Shown in pieces: positions 20,502 through 31,200 of a stretch of 64,000 bases of DNA. Each line of letters starts with the position of its first letter. The stretch's first letter is position 1. The stretch spans positions 256,001-320,000 of the forward strand of contig CAVXWP010000001.1 in assembly GCA_963765495.1 (NCBI GenBank). The letters are read 5' to 3'. The DNA comes from Blastocatellia bacterium. Its GTDB lineage: Bacteria; Acidobacteriota; Blastocatellia; UBA7656. Below the pieces are notes generated by a model. It was given only the letters and a program-made list of their open reading frames with translations, had not been told where the DNA came from and did not search any database. Both the position numbers and the translations under genes were made by a program.

Positions 20502-20570
20502 TGGCCACAGAGTCGCGGAGCCACAGAGAAAAGAATACAAAAATTTCTGTGGCTTTGTGTCTGCGGGGGC
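20502..20570. repeat. Imperfect palindromic element (GCCACAGAG units)
   Basis: GCCACAGAGTCGCGGAGCCACAGAG ... TTTCTGTGGCTTTGTGTCTGCGGGGGC. Confidence 0.6.
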
Positions 20571-20608
20571 AATGTTTCTCTCTTTCTGAACGGATGCTTC
20601 AAGTCGTG

Positions 20609-21580
20609 TTACTCAAGCCTGATTCGAGGATCAATTATCGCAAGCAGCAGATCGGCTATAAGATTTCCGGCTACGAGCATAAGCACCAGAATAGTAACGG
20701 CGGCCATCACCAGCGGCTCGTCCTTGTTTGTCAGGGCTTCATATACGAGAAGCCCGAGGCCGGGCCATCCGAAGACATACTCTGTAAGCAGCGCGCCCGC
20801 GAGCAGATAAGCGAGCGAAAATCCGAACAACGTAACAAGCGGATTGATGGCGTTGCCGAGCGCGTGCCGAAGTATGACGCGGCGGCGACTCAGGCCCTTT
20901 GCCCTCGCCGTGCGGATGTAGTCTTCTGAAAGCGTTTCGATCATCTCGCTACGCATCTGCCGCATGTACTGGGCCATACCAATCGTGCCCAGCACTATAG
21001 TAGGCAGCACGAGATGATGCAAGGTGTCTGTCAACTTCTGCCACGGCGTCATCATATCCCACATCGTCTGATTATGAATTCCGCCTACGGGGAAGAGCCC
21101 CGTCTTTGCCGCAAACAGTATCATCAGCAGAGAGAAGAAAACGGAAGGAATCGAGAGCCCGAAAAACGAGATAAATCCGCACAACCTGTCTACCCAGCGA
21201 TTGCGATTTACCGCGGCAAGCACTCCGAGCGGTATGGCCATCCCCCAGGAAAATATGAGAGCCGCCCCCGTCAGCATAAGCGTATTGAGAATCCGCTCTC
21301 CGATCATGCTCCAGACGTTTTCGCGATACAGGAACGAGTAACCGAAATCGCCCGTGAGCGCCGGCCAGAACCAGTACCAGTAACGCTCAAATATGTTGCT
21401 GCTGTCCAGATGATAGAGCCGTTCCATCCGGTATATGTATTCGGGAGAGATGCTTGGAGTGAGTTTAAGCTGACTCAGGTAATTGCCGGGCGAAAGCACA
21501 AGCATTGCCTTCGTGATGAAGGTGACCACGATGACAAGCGGGATGGCCGCCAGTAACCGCCTTATCAGGAAGGTCTTCAT
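20609..21580 (-). CDS. Oligopeptide/dipeptide ABC transporter permease (OppB/DppB-like)
   Basis: Motifs GDFGYS, DYIRTARAKGL, RHALGNA, EYVFGWPGLG, IDPRIR. Confidence 0.92.
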   Translation of the reverse strand: MKTFLIRRLLAAIPLVIVVTFITKAMLVLSPGNYLSQLKLTPSISPEYIYRMERLYHLDSSNIFERYWYWFWPALTGDFGYSFLYRENVWSMIGERILNTLMLTGAALIFSWGMAIPLGVLAAVNRNRWVDRLCGFISFFGLSIPSVFFSLLMILFAAKTGLFPVGGIHNQTMWDMMTPWQKLTDTLHHLVLPTIVLGTIGMAQYMRQMRSEMIETLSEDYIRTARAKGLSRRRVILRHALGNAINPLVTLFGFSLAYLLAGALLTEYVFGWPGLGLLVYEALTNKDEPLVMAAVTILVLMLVAGNLIADLLLAIIDPRIRLE

Positions 21581-21584
21581 TTTA

Positions 21585-21672
21585 GTCGGTGGTCAGTGGC
21601 CGGTGGTCGTTGGTCGGCAGTTGCAAAGCCGAAAACAGCTTCGATCTCCTAAAGTAGTCACCGACCACCGCT
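21585..21672. repeat. GGTCAGT/GGTGGTC-heptamer palindromic element
   Basis: GTCGGTGGTCAGTGGCCGGTGGTCGTTGGTCGG ... TCACCGACCACCG. Confidence 0.7.
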
Positions 21673-21673
21673 C

Positions 21674-23488
21674 TTATTGTTTGGCGTAAATCTCTTCGCT
21701 GTTCCACGAAAGGCGCGGCACCATATTTGACGGGTGTATGTTGCTGAACCTGGTCTTATAGGCGACGGCCTCGCGCGCAGCGATCAGATTTATATCGGGT
21801 AATTGCTCTGACCATATACGCTGAACCTCGGCAAATACTTGCTTGCGCTCTGACATGTCGGCAGTCGATTCGAATTTGGATACAAGTTCGTCAATGCGCG
21901 CTTCCCACGGAGTTGAAGGCTTCTTCTGGCTCGGAAATCCGATGTGGTTCAGCCCGGAAGAGAGAAGGACGTTTTTGTTGTTTACGGGGTCGGGCGGCAC
22001 ACCCGCCGACCAGCCCAGCACTATGGCGTCAAAGTTAAAGACCGACTGCATCATATCTATCAACACGTTGAACGAGATCGGATTCACATTGGCCTTTATG
22101 CCGACATCCTTGAGATTGCCGGCCACGAACCCCATAACGCTCACGCGCTGTGAATTGTCGGAATTGGTGACGAGATTGATCTCTAAGGTGTGACCCTCTG
22201 CATCTTCGAGAAAGCCGTCGTTGTTGGTGTCTTTCAGATTGATCTCGGCCAGCATCTGTTTTGCGCGTTCGGGATCGTATGGATACTTCTGGATGTCATC
22301 GGAATACCAGACGGTGTTTCCCGGAGTGACCAACGTATAAACCGGAACGCCGCGCCCGGCAAAAACCGTATTGGCCAGCCCTTCGCGGTTTATGGCGTAA
22401 GAGACGGCCTGGCGAAACTTCTGCTCTCGAAATATGTTCTGCTTCCACGTTTCAAGGAAAGGCTTTCCGGTAGACTTGTTGACACCGGTATTTTGATTGA
22501 AGGCCAGCCACGTAGAGTCGAGCGAAATGCCTGTGTCTTCCACCTTTATTTCATCACTTTCCATGCGCTTGACCAGCGCGACCTCTTCGGCGCGCACGCG
22601 GTCCATCCCGTCAATCTCGCCGGCCTGAAACTTTGCCGTGATCGTGTTAAAGTCTTTCGCTATGACGAAAATTATGCGGTCAAGATAAGGCAGGCGCTGA
22701 CCCTTTTCGTCCGCCTTCCAGAAGTAGGGATTACGTTCGAGCACCACGCGCTGACCCGTGACATACTCTTTGAAGCGAAACGGCCCAAGCCCTATCACAT
22801 CTTTAGGATCAGAGTTGACCTTCATCGTCTGATCGAAGGTGCCGGCGCGCAAATCCTGCTCCCACCTGTGCTTCGGCACAAGATAGAGGTTCAGTATCGC
22901 TACAAGAAATGCCCCGTTGGGCTGATGCAGATTGAAGCGAACCGTGTAATCGTCAAGCTTTTCTATGTCTGGATATATAGGCTTGTCGCTTTCGTCAGCC
23001 CCCTCTTTGAACATATCGCACGCGGCATTTTGAACTCTCTCATCGCGTACTACATCGTAGCTGAATATGACATCATCGGCTGTAAACGGCTCGCCGTCGC
23101 TCCAGCGCACGCCCCTTCGCAGATGGAAGGTCCAATGTTTGGCATCGGGTGAATTCTCATAACTCGTACACACACCCGAATCGTAATCGGGAGGATTGTC
23201 GCCGTTGCGATAATCTACGAGACAGCGGAAGAGGTGATACCACAACACGGTGCTTGAAGTTATGTCGGTTACAAGGATGGGGTTGAGTGTTTTTATATCG
23301 TTTGGAATCGCCAGCACGAATGTCCCGCCGTAATTGCCCGTCGCGCCTTTGTAAATATATACATCTTCAGGCTTTTCCCCCTCGAAAGGCGGATTTGGCG
23401 TTCCGGTTGCTCCTCCTGTCGTGCTGCCATTGCATGCGACAGAACACACCATCGCTATAATAACCATAGCGAGGACTGTTTTCCTCAT
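21674..23488 (-). CDS. ABC transporter family 5 substrate-binding lipoprotein (OppA-like)
   Basis: Lipobox VAC; motifs LRRGVRWSDGEPFTADDV, GLGPF, RNPYFW, FRQAVSYAINR. Confidence 0.92.
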   Translation of the reverse strand: MRKTVLAMVIIAMVCSVACNGSTTGGATGTPNPPFEGEKPEDVYIYKGATGNYGGTFVLAIPNDIKTLNPILVTDITSSTVLWYHLFRCLVDYRNGDNPPDYDSGVCTSYENSPDAKHWTFHLRRGVRWSDGEPFTADDVIFSYDVVRDERVQNAACDMFKEGADESDKPIYPDIEKLDDYTVRFNLHQPNGAFLVAILNLYLVPKHRWEQDLRAGTFDQTMKVNSDPKDVIGLGPFRFKEYVTGQRVVLERNPYFWKADEKGQRLPYLDRIIFVIAKDFNTITAKFQAGEIDGMDRVRAEEVALVKRMESDEIKVEDTGISLDSTWLAFNQNTGVNKSTGKPFLETWKQNIFREQKFRQAVSYAINREGLANTVFAGRGVPVYTLVTPGNTVWYSDDIQKYPYDPERAKQMLAEINLKDTNNDGFLEDAEGHTLEINLVTNSDNSQRVSVMGFVAGNLKDVGIKANVNPISFNVLIDMMQSVFNFDAIVLGWSAGVPPDPVNNKNVLLSSGLNHIGFPSQKKPSTPWEARIDELVSKFESTADMSERKQVFAEVQRIWSEQLPDINLIAAREAVAYKTRFSNIHPSNMVPRLSWNSEEIYAKQ

Positions 23489-23796
23489 CCCCTTACTCCT
23501 CCGAACAGTTTACACTGAGAAGATACCTGCCAGTACGAAGTTAGCCTAGAGGGCAAATGGATGTCAAACTCGGAGGGCGAGGCACTATGAGTATGAACTA
23601 TGACGGCGGAAGACGGAAGAGTAAAAGCCGCATTTGTGCTGATTTCTTCTTCAAAAAGTACGGTAATATGTGTCTCAGACAGGTTTTGCAGGCAACAGGC
23701 AGGGCCAGTCATCTCTAAGACTCACATGCCGGGATCGCAGGAAACCATTGATTGCCCTATGAAAAAGCTTTGCCTGGCCGGATACCCGGCTGATAA

Positions 23797-23825
23797 TTGA
23801 CGTGATTGAGGCTCTATTGTAGGAT
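23797..23825 (+). promoter_or_regulatory. Putative sigma-70 promoter
   Basis: TTGACG-17 nt-TAGGAT. Confidence 0.5.
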
Positions 23826-23900
23826 ATACGCCGCGCCAGCCCTTCTCTTAAATGGCTTTCAATCGCTCATAGACAACTGCTAGAGGACCGGGTAAAGGGA

Positions 23901-26900
23901 ATGAAAAAGATTATTCTGACGACTGTAATGGCTATAACACTGGCAATGATGGCGGTGCCGCGCAGCTATGTTTCGGCGGGGGCGATGCCCGGCAAGGCGA
24001 TCTCTGCGAGAGGCGCGTTTAACCCCTTGCAGCAGACGACCGACCCTTCGCCACTCTCGCGCAATGCGGCCCTCTCCGCTTCACTGGGCACCGCTTTGAT
24101 CAGAAGCGGCAACGGAAATTCCGAGGTGAGGTTGCTTGCCGATATCGACGGAAGCGAAGATCGCTTTTCCGATCACGAAGCCAGGGTGAGCGGATTGCCT
24201 GACGCGACGGTTGATCCTCAACAGGAGATGACTCGCGTAGCCATTTCAGAGCACACTCTGGCCAACGGATTCGATGAAAATATCTTTTACTCGGGCGACT
24301 CGGCGGGCAATGTCTATATAGGCGCAGACACTACAGGAGACGCGGCGGCCGATCTCTTCACAACCATCAGTATACCTGCGGTGCTCTCAGCCTTCTTCGG
24401 TTCATTGAGCGGCGCAAACGCTATCGCGATAACGGGGCTTGCGGTCAACCCCGTAGCCGACCTCACATCTTTTTCCAGAGTGAATGCGGCTTATTCGACC
24501 TTTAACGGGCAGATCGGCGAGATACTCTATATTGCATATTGGGATTCGAGCGGAACGCTACACCTAAACAACGGGAATCAGGTAGTGAGAAGCGGGTTGC
24601 TGGCCGTGCCGGTATCCGACCTGGCGAGCCCTGCCGGCGCCTCCTCGGGCGTTGTGACTTCGCAAGGGTTTCCGGTGACCGCAGGGCGACCGTGGGCGGT
24701 TGCCTTCTCAAGCTTTGGCAACCTCGCGGGCGTTTGCGTGGACGATGACGGCAATGCTTATTTTCAGCAGTCTGACTTATTGACTTTCACCGCCAGCAAC
24801 ATCGTAAAAGTCACATCGCTCGACGCGCCGGGAACGGGCGACGACCAGGCACCGGGATTTCAGGATCGCGCGCTTGTGGCACAGAACCCGGCGGTTCTCA
24901 CATCGCTAAACCCCGGAGCAGGCGATTACGGAAAGTTCGGAGGCACGCCCTCAAATCAGATCAATCGCCTCACAAACTATTCCGGCACCTCGCCTACGTT
25001 TGGCAACATCGTGTCGCTCGCCTGCGGGCCGGGCAACATCGTCTATGCGGCGGTCGCAAGGTCCGTAGTAGACACAGACGACCAGGATACCGAGGTAACC
25101 GAAGGCAGGTTTCGCAATCCTGTGGCGCTCGGGCCGACTCCGTCTATGGTAATCAGTTTTGCCGATTGCGCGGGCGCGCTCAACACCTGTATATCGCCGG
25201 ACGATAAGGTGAGCGGAACGCTGCCCGTGGCGGACGGGTTTGCCGATGTGGCGGCGACGGGGCTCACGCTTTCGTCGGGCGTCAATAACTTTAGGGTCTT
25301 TGTGCTTGGCAACGGGCCTGAGATAAGAGCAGCAGGATCAGTTATCGGAGCGGAACCGGCCAACACGTTAAAGCTCGACATGCAGATAGACTTTTCGATC
25401 CTTTCGGGGCTCGTGGTCGATGAAGAAAGCAAAGTCTATGTCATATCGGGCGGCGCGCCTGCCGATTCCATCTCGAGGGGAGGCGCTTCGCCTCTCAGAG
25501 GAGAGATACTCTCTTTTGAAGACGCGCACCCGATTGACCGCCGGGGCGATTTCGTGGATTTCAGGCAGGATACTTTGACGGCTCCTACGATAACAGGTGA
25601 CGGCGATTCGGATCGTTTCGACCACATTTTCTGGCAAGCGCCTACGGATGCGGCCACCGTAGCTCCGGCAGGGCTGTCGGGGCTTGCGCGCGGCTTTCTG
25701 CTCTACCTGAATCGAGCGCGCAAAAACGCGGCTCAATTCCCTTCGCTGCCCAACGGGGCGGCGCAGGCGGATGACGCCGCGACTGGGCCGATTGTATTTG
25801 AGAGTTTCGATCCGAGCCATCAGGTAGCCGGGGGCGATGGAGCAGTCAGCAGTTCGGGTGACGACAGCGGAGGCGAAGGCGAACCCATCGGGGAAGGGAA
25901 CCCGTCTGTCAGCAGTCCGTCCGGCGGATTCGAATTCCTGTTTTCGGCCAATGCTCCATCCGGCAATCCGTTTGGTTGTCTAAACCGAGTGTGGAATGCA
26001 TTCTTTCTCAACTCAAACGGCAACATAACATTCGGTTCTGGCGACACTGACGCCACCCCGACTATCGAAGAGTTCCGCGAGCCGCTTGCGAGGCTCGCGC
26101 CCGCCTGGGCCGATTTGAACCCGGCAAGTCGCGCCGAAGGATTTGCGCATACCTTCCCGGTGCAGGCGCTCGGGTTTGCAGATGTAAACGATTTCGTCAT
26201 TCGCTGGATCAACGTGCCTGAATCGGGCGGCGAGGCTTGCGGGTCGAGCAATACTTTTTCGGTCTTCCTCTTTGATGACGGGCAACTTGCGGATGAGAAC
26301 GCGGCTTCCGGGGTCACAGAAGGACCGCTCGCCCCGCGATTCAACTTGCTGAGTCACAACACGCGCGAGGCGGAAGCCTCCGCTTTTCGGATGTGGTATG
26401 GCCGGATGGATTTGCTCGGCACGCCCGATCAGCCTGTGATCGTAGGCTACTCAAACGGCGGGCCAACGCTTCTTTCTTCAGAGCCCGATTCGACCAACTG
26501 GTCAACGCTGGCTCCGCTGGCCGAAACGAGCCCTATCTATTTTGTAGAGCGCTTTGCAGACGCTGGCACATTCCAGCTATTCAATTCCGGCACCGAGCCC
26601 GCTCTGAACGAGGGACAGGTAATTCCCGCCAAACCGAGTTTCGATCTGCGCGGCGAGGGCAACGCTGCGGCTCTGTGCACGCCCGACGGCCAGACGGATC
26701 TGAATCGAGCGACTATCTCGATCAGTGTGATCTGCTCACAGGTGGTAGTTGATCCTCCGCCGCCCGGTCCTGTGATAAATTCGTGCAAACTGAAAAAGAC
26801 TGCAATGGGAGGCTTTAAACTAATTGTGACAGGTACCGATTTCACGGAAGGTATCACGGTGACAGTCGGTGGAGTAACACCTAAGAAGGTAAAGTTGAAA

Positions 26901-27050
26901 GACCCTGTAGCAGGTGCGCCAAATAATTTCACAAAACTGATCCTGAAAGGGAGAATATGCCAGGGATTGCCCGGCGCGGTGGTAGTGGTAAATCCGGGTC
27001 CAAACGGGGGAGCATCTCAGCCGTTTGCCTGCATCGAATCATGTCAATGA
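23901..27050 (+). CDS. Large exported protein of unknown function with a C-terminal IPT/TIG-like domain
   Basis: Signal peptide; acidic, beta-rich body; nidogen-like segment (FLNSNGNITFG...LAPAWADLNP); PPPP linker; Lys-rich Ig-like tail. Confidence 0.8.
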   Translation: MKKIILTTVMAITLAMMAVPRSYVSAGAMPGKAISARGAFNPLQQTTDPSPLSRNAALSASLGTALIRSGNGNSEVRLLADIDGSEDRFSDHEARVSGLPDATVDPQQEMTRVAISEHTLANGFDENIFYSGDSAGNVYIGADTTGDAAADLFTTISIPAVLSAFFGSLSGANAIAITGLAVNPVADLTSFSRVNAAYSTFNGQIGEILYIAYWDSSGTLHLNNGNQVVRSGLLAVPVSDLASPAGASSGVVTSQGFPVTAGRPWAVAFSSFGNLAGVCVDDDGNAYFQQSDLLTFTASNIVKVTSLDAPGTGDDQAPGFQDRALVAQNPAVLTSLNPGAGDYGKFGGTPSNQINRLTNYSGTSPTFGNIVSLACGPGNIVYAAVARSVVDTDDQDTEVTEGRFRNPVALGPTPSMVISFADCAGALNTCISPDDKVSGTLPVADGFADVAATGLTLSSGVNNFRVFVLGNGPEIRAAGSVIGAEPANTLKLDMQIDFSILSGLVVDEESKVYVISGGAPADSISRGGASPLRGEILSFEDAHPIDRRGDFVDFRQDTLTAPTITGDGDSDRFDHIFWQAPTDAATVAPAGLSGLARGFLLYLNRARKNAAQFPSLPNGAAQADDAATGPIVFESFDPSHQVAGGDGAVSSSGDDSGGEGEPIGEGNPSVSSPSGGFEFLFSANAPSGNPFGCLNRVWNAFFLNSNGNITFGSGDTDATPTIEEFREPLARLAPAWADLNPASRAEGFAHTFPVQALGFADVNDFVIRWINVPESGGEACGSSNTFSVFLFDDGQLADENAASGVTEGPLAPRFNLLSHNTREAEASAFRMWYGRMDLLGTPDQPVIVGYSNGGPTLLSSEPDSTNWSTLAPLAETSPIYFVERFADAGTFQLFNSGTEPALNEGQVIPAKPSFDLRGEGNAAALCTPDGQTDLNRATISISVICSQVVVDPPPPGPVINSCKLKKTAMGGFKLIVTGTDFTEGITVTVGGVTPKKVKLKDPVAGAPNNFTKLILKGRICQGLPGAVVVVNPGPNGGASQPFACIESCQ

Positions 27051-27056
27051 TGCGAA

Positions 27057-27449
27057 TCAATCAGTTTGACGTGACTTCGCCTCGAAAGCGCCCGATACTA
27101 TTTCACCGAGCCTCTGTGTGAATGCCGAGCGCGGCAGTATGTAATCGCATCCTGCCCGCTCGGCTGCCTGTTTGAGCGCGACCTCGACGTGCGAGAAAAA
27201 ACCTACTATTGGGACCTCGTTTAATTCGGGCCGCGATTTGAAGAACTCAATCGCCTGTATTGGGTTTATGCGGTTCGCGTGAAGGTCCACAAGCAGCAGG
27301 GCGGGCGGATTATCCACGATATTGTTTTCCAATTGCTCCTGCGATCTTATGCGCTCAAGAGTGCGGCCCGCCGCTTCGGCTGCTCCCTTTATCTTCGAGG
27401 CGAAAAACATATCATCAACTATCAATCCGATCTTATCTGTCATTGGCAT
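27057..27449 (-). CDS. Stand-alone receiver (CheY-like) domain protein, atypical
   Basis: Motifs LIVDD, PALLLVDL, PIVGFFSH, AGCDYILPRS. Start near 27449 or 27443. Confidence 0.75.
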   Translation of the reverse strand: MPMTDKIGLIVDDMFFASKIKGAAEAAGRTLERIRSQEQLENNIVDNPPALLLVDLHANRINPIQAIEFFKSRPELNEVPIVGFFSHVEVALKQAAERAGCDYILPRSAFTQRLGEIVSGAFEAKSRQTD

Positions 27450-27624
27450 AGGTCTGATCCTCTCGATCACTAATGTAGCAGGGAATTTCAATGAAAGGCG
27501 AATGGGAACAGACAGACCTGTTGAGGGAAACAAGCGCGCTTGCCAACGAAGCGCGTGAGCAAATAGAATATCCGACTTAAAGGCGAAAGGTTTCTCAGAC
27601 AGTTTTAAACAAGGAGATGAAACA

Positions 27625-28080
27625 ATGAGAGTAAAGGCAGTGTTCGTTTGCGCAATGATTTTTTTAGCTTCCGCAATCACTATACAGGCGGCCGATTCAA
27701 AGCTCGACGGAGCATATAAATACGTCTCTACGAAGTTCCCCGGCGGCGAGCAAACCGAAGCTCAGGCCAAAGGCATGATAGTCGTACACGGCAATTACAT
27801 GGCCTATGTTCAGGCCGGTGTGGACAGAAAAACATGGGACCAGAGCGAACCCGAAGACGCGCGCATGAAAAAGATGGTCGAGGCTTATCAGGGTTTGCGC
27901 GCCACGGCGGGCCATTTTGAAATCAGCGGAGACACGATAACCCTGCACCAGATGGCCCAGTCCGCCCCGAGCTCTATGGGTAAGGAAGCCAAATGGAAAT
28001 ACAAACTCGACGGCAACAAGCTTATGCTTACCCCCGAAGGTAACGCGCAGGTTGTCTTTACATTCGAGCGGCTTCCTTAA
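27625..28080 (+). CDS. Exported lipocalin-like domain protein
   Basis: Signal peptide; KLDGAYKYVS, ATAGHFEISGD, YKLDGNKLML; AAGGAG RBS. Confidence 0.7.
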   Translation: MRVKAVFVCAMIFLASAITIQAADSKLDGAYKYVSTKFPGGEQTEAQAKGMIVVHGNYMAYVQAGVDRKTWDQSEPEDARMKKMVEAYQGLRATAGHFEISGDTITLHQMAQSAPSSMGKEAKWKYKLDGNKLMLTPEGNAQVVFTFERLP

Positions 28081-28116
28081 ATCGCTTACGCTATAGCGCG
28101 ATTGGTAAATTTCGAG

Positions 28117-28149
28117 AAGCCGCCTCTATTGAAAGGGGCGGCTTTTTTT
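28117..28149 (+). terminator. Rho-independent terminator
   Basis: AAGCCGCCTCT-ATTGAA-AGGGGCGGCTT followed by a T run. Confidence 0.85.
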
Positions 28150-28229
28150 AGTCTGTATTTGTCTTTTCAATGCTTCAACCGGGTACGAGATAATCTAATT
28201 ATTTCCCGAAAGGGAATCTGAGGAGAGGT

Positions 28230-31200
28230 ATGACTTTGAGAATTACACGCCGATTCCTGCTGATCTATATGGCGCTTATACTTGCGAGCGCGCCCGTATC
28301 AACCCTTGCTCAGGAAGAAAAACCTGCGGCAGACAAGACCGAGCAGGAGGAAAACAAGAAACCTGCCGATCCGATGTCAGCGCCAACCTTTGCAGGTCTA
28401 AAGCTCCGTCTCATCGGCCCTGCTTTGACAAGCGGGCGCGTGGTCTCGTTTGCCGTAGACCCGGCAGACCGCTCTCATTATTTTGCGGCTGCGGCCTCGG
28501 GCGGAGTGTGGAAAACCACTAATGCGGGCACCACCTGGATGCCTGTCTTTGACGGCGAAGGCTCTTATTCGATAGGCACGGTTGTTCTCGATCCGAAGAA
28601 TCCTTCTACGGTCTGGGTAGGTGCGGGCGAAAACAACAGCCAGCGCAGCGTCTCTTACGGCGATGGCGTGTATCGCTCAGACGACGGCGGGAAAAGCTGG
28701 AAGAACATGGGGTTGAAAAACTCCGAGCACATAGGGGCCATAGCTATAGACCCGCGAAACACTTCGACGGTTTATGTGGCGGCTCAAGGACCGTTGTGGG
28801 CTTCGGGCGGAGACCGTGGGCTTTTTAAGACGACCGACGGCGGCAAGACGTGGGCGAAAGTGCTTATGATAAGCGAAAACACGGGCGTAACCGACATAGA
28901 AATTGACCCGCGCGACCCCGATACTCTTTACGCGGCGTCTTATCAGCGCCGCCGCCACGTCTGGACTTTGATAAACGGCGGGCCGGAAAGCGCTATCTAC
29001 AAATCGACCGACGCGGGCGCTACGTGGAACAAACTGAAATCGGGTCTTCCCTCAGTAGAGATGGGGCGCATAGGTCTGGCCGTCTCGCCCGCAAATCCCG
29101 ACACGGTCTATGCGACTATCGAAGCAGCTGACGAGAAGGGCGGCGTCTTTCGCTCGACCGACCGTGGCGCAACCTGGGAGCGCCGAAATCCATTCGACGC
29201 AACGGCCATGTACTACGGCCAGATAGTGGCCGATCCAAAAGATGAGGATAGAATCTATCTGCCGAACACGCTCCTTATGGTGAGCGATGACGGGGGAAAG
29301 ACCGTGCGCCCGCTCGGAGAAAAGTCCAAACACGTAGACAATCACGCCATATGGATTGATCCCGAGAACACGGATTATTATCTGGTCGGCTGCGACGGCG
29401 GAATTTATGAAAGCTTTGACCGGGGCGCAAACTGGAACTTCAAATCCAATCTGCCGATCACTCAGTTTTATGATGTCACAGCCGATAATGACACCCCGTT
29501 TTATAATGTGTATGGCGGGACGCAGGACAACTTCAGCCTTGGCGGCCCGTCGCGCACGCACTCGGCTTCCGGCATTCTGAATTCCGACTGGTTCGTCACT
29601 CAGGGCGGAGACGGGTTCCGCACACAGGTAGACCCCGAAGACCCGTATACCATCTATTCGGAATCTCAGCACGGCGGTCTTGTCCGCGTAGACAGGCGAA
29701 CGGGCGAGCGCATGGGGATTCAGCCTCAAGAGGGAAAAAATGAAGCGCCGCTCAGGTGGAACTGGGACTCGCCTTTTATTATCAGCCCGCATTCGCATAC
29801 GCGGCTTTATTTCGCCGCGAATCGGCTCTTTCGCAGCGATGATCGCGGAGATAGCTGGCGCGCATTGAGCGGCGACCTCTCCCGCCAGATAGACAGAAAC
29901 AAACTGCCCGTGATGGACAGGGTGTGGGGGCCTGACGCGGTCGCCAAGAACGCTTCCACGTCGTTTTATGGCAACGTGGTCGCCCTCTCCGAATCACCAA
30001 AGAAAGAAGGCTTGATTTACATAGGCACCGATGACGGGTTGATTCAGGTGTCGGAAGACGGCGGAAACAACTGGCGCAAAATAGAGAAGTTCCCGAACAT
30101 ACCCGATATGACTTACGTCAGCCGCATAGCGGCTTCCGAGCACGATGCCGGAACGGTTTATGCCTCTTTCGACAACCATAAAAACGGCGATTTCAAACCT
30201 TATCTGCTCAAGAGCACCGATGCGGGAAAGAACTGGGTTTCGATCAAGGGCAATCTGCCGGAAAGGGGAAGCGTGCTTGCGATTGCCGAAGATTCGATCA
30301 ATCCGAACCTGCTGTTTGCAGGCACGGAATTCGGATTGTTTTTCACGCTTGACGGCGGGCAGAAATGGATTCAGCTAAAAGGCGGGATGCCCACGATAGC
30401 CGTCCGCGACATCGTCATCCAAAAACGCGAAAACGACCTGGTCATAGGCACGTTCGGGCGCGGCATCTATATCCTGGATGATTTCTCGCCGCTCAGGGCC
30501 ATCACGCCCGACCTGCTCTCTCGTGATAACCTTCTGCCGGTCAAAAACGCGATGATGTACATACAAAGCCAGCCGCTTGGCGGGCGCGGAAAGTCTTTTC
30601 AGGGCGAGTCTTTCTATACGGCGGAGAACCCTCCATTTGGCGCGACCTTTACTTATTATTTGAAGGATTCGCTAAAGACCCGAAAGCAGAAGCGCAAGGA
30701 TGCCGAAAAAGAGGCGGAAAAAAAGGCCGCCTCGCTGCCTTATCCGACTATGGAAGAATTGAGACAGGAGGAGGAAGAGGAAGCCCCAACCGTAGAGTTA
30801 ACCGTTAAGGACGGGCAGGGGCGCGTAGTGCGGCGGCTTTCGGCCCCGACCTCTTCGGGGCTCCATCGTGTTAGCTGGGATTTGCGCTATCCGGCGAGCA
30901 CGCTTCCTCCGCCACGTTCGGGCGGGGAAGGCGCGGAGAGTATTTTCGCTGATCGTCCGTCGGGTCCGCTTGTGATGCCCGGCAAGTTCACCGTGACGAT
31001 TGCCCGGAGGGTAGACGGCGTGCTGACTCCGATTGCGGGGGCGCAGGAGTTTTCCGTCTTTGTGGAAGGCACCTCCTCGATGTCGCCCGCAGATCGCGCC
31101 GCGCTCGTAGAGTTTCAGCAAAAGGCGGCCAGCTTGCAGCGGGCCGTCTCGGGAGCCTTGCAGACCGCAAATGAACTGAAGACGCGCATGGGGGCGATAA

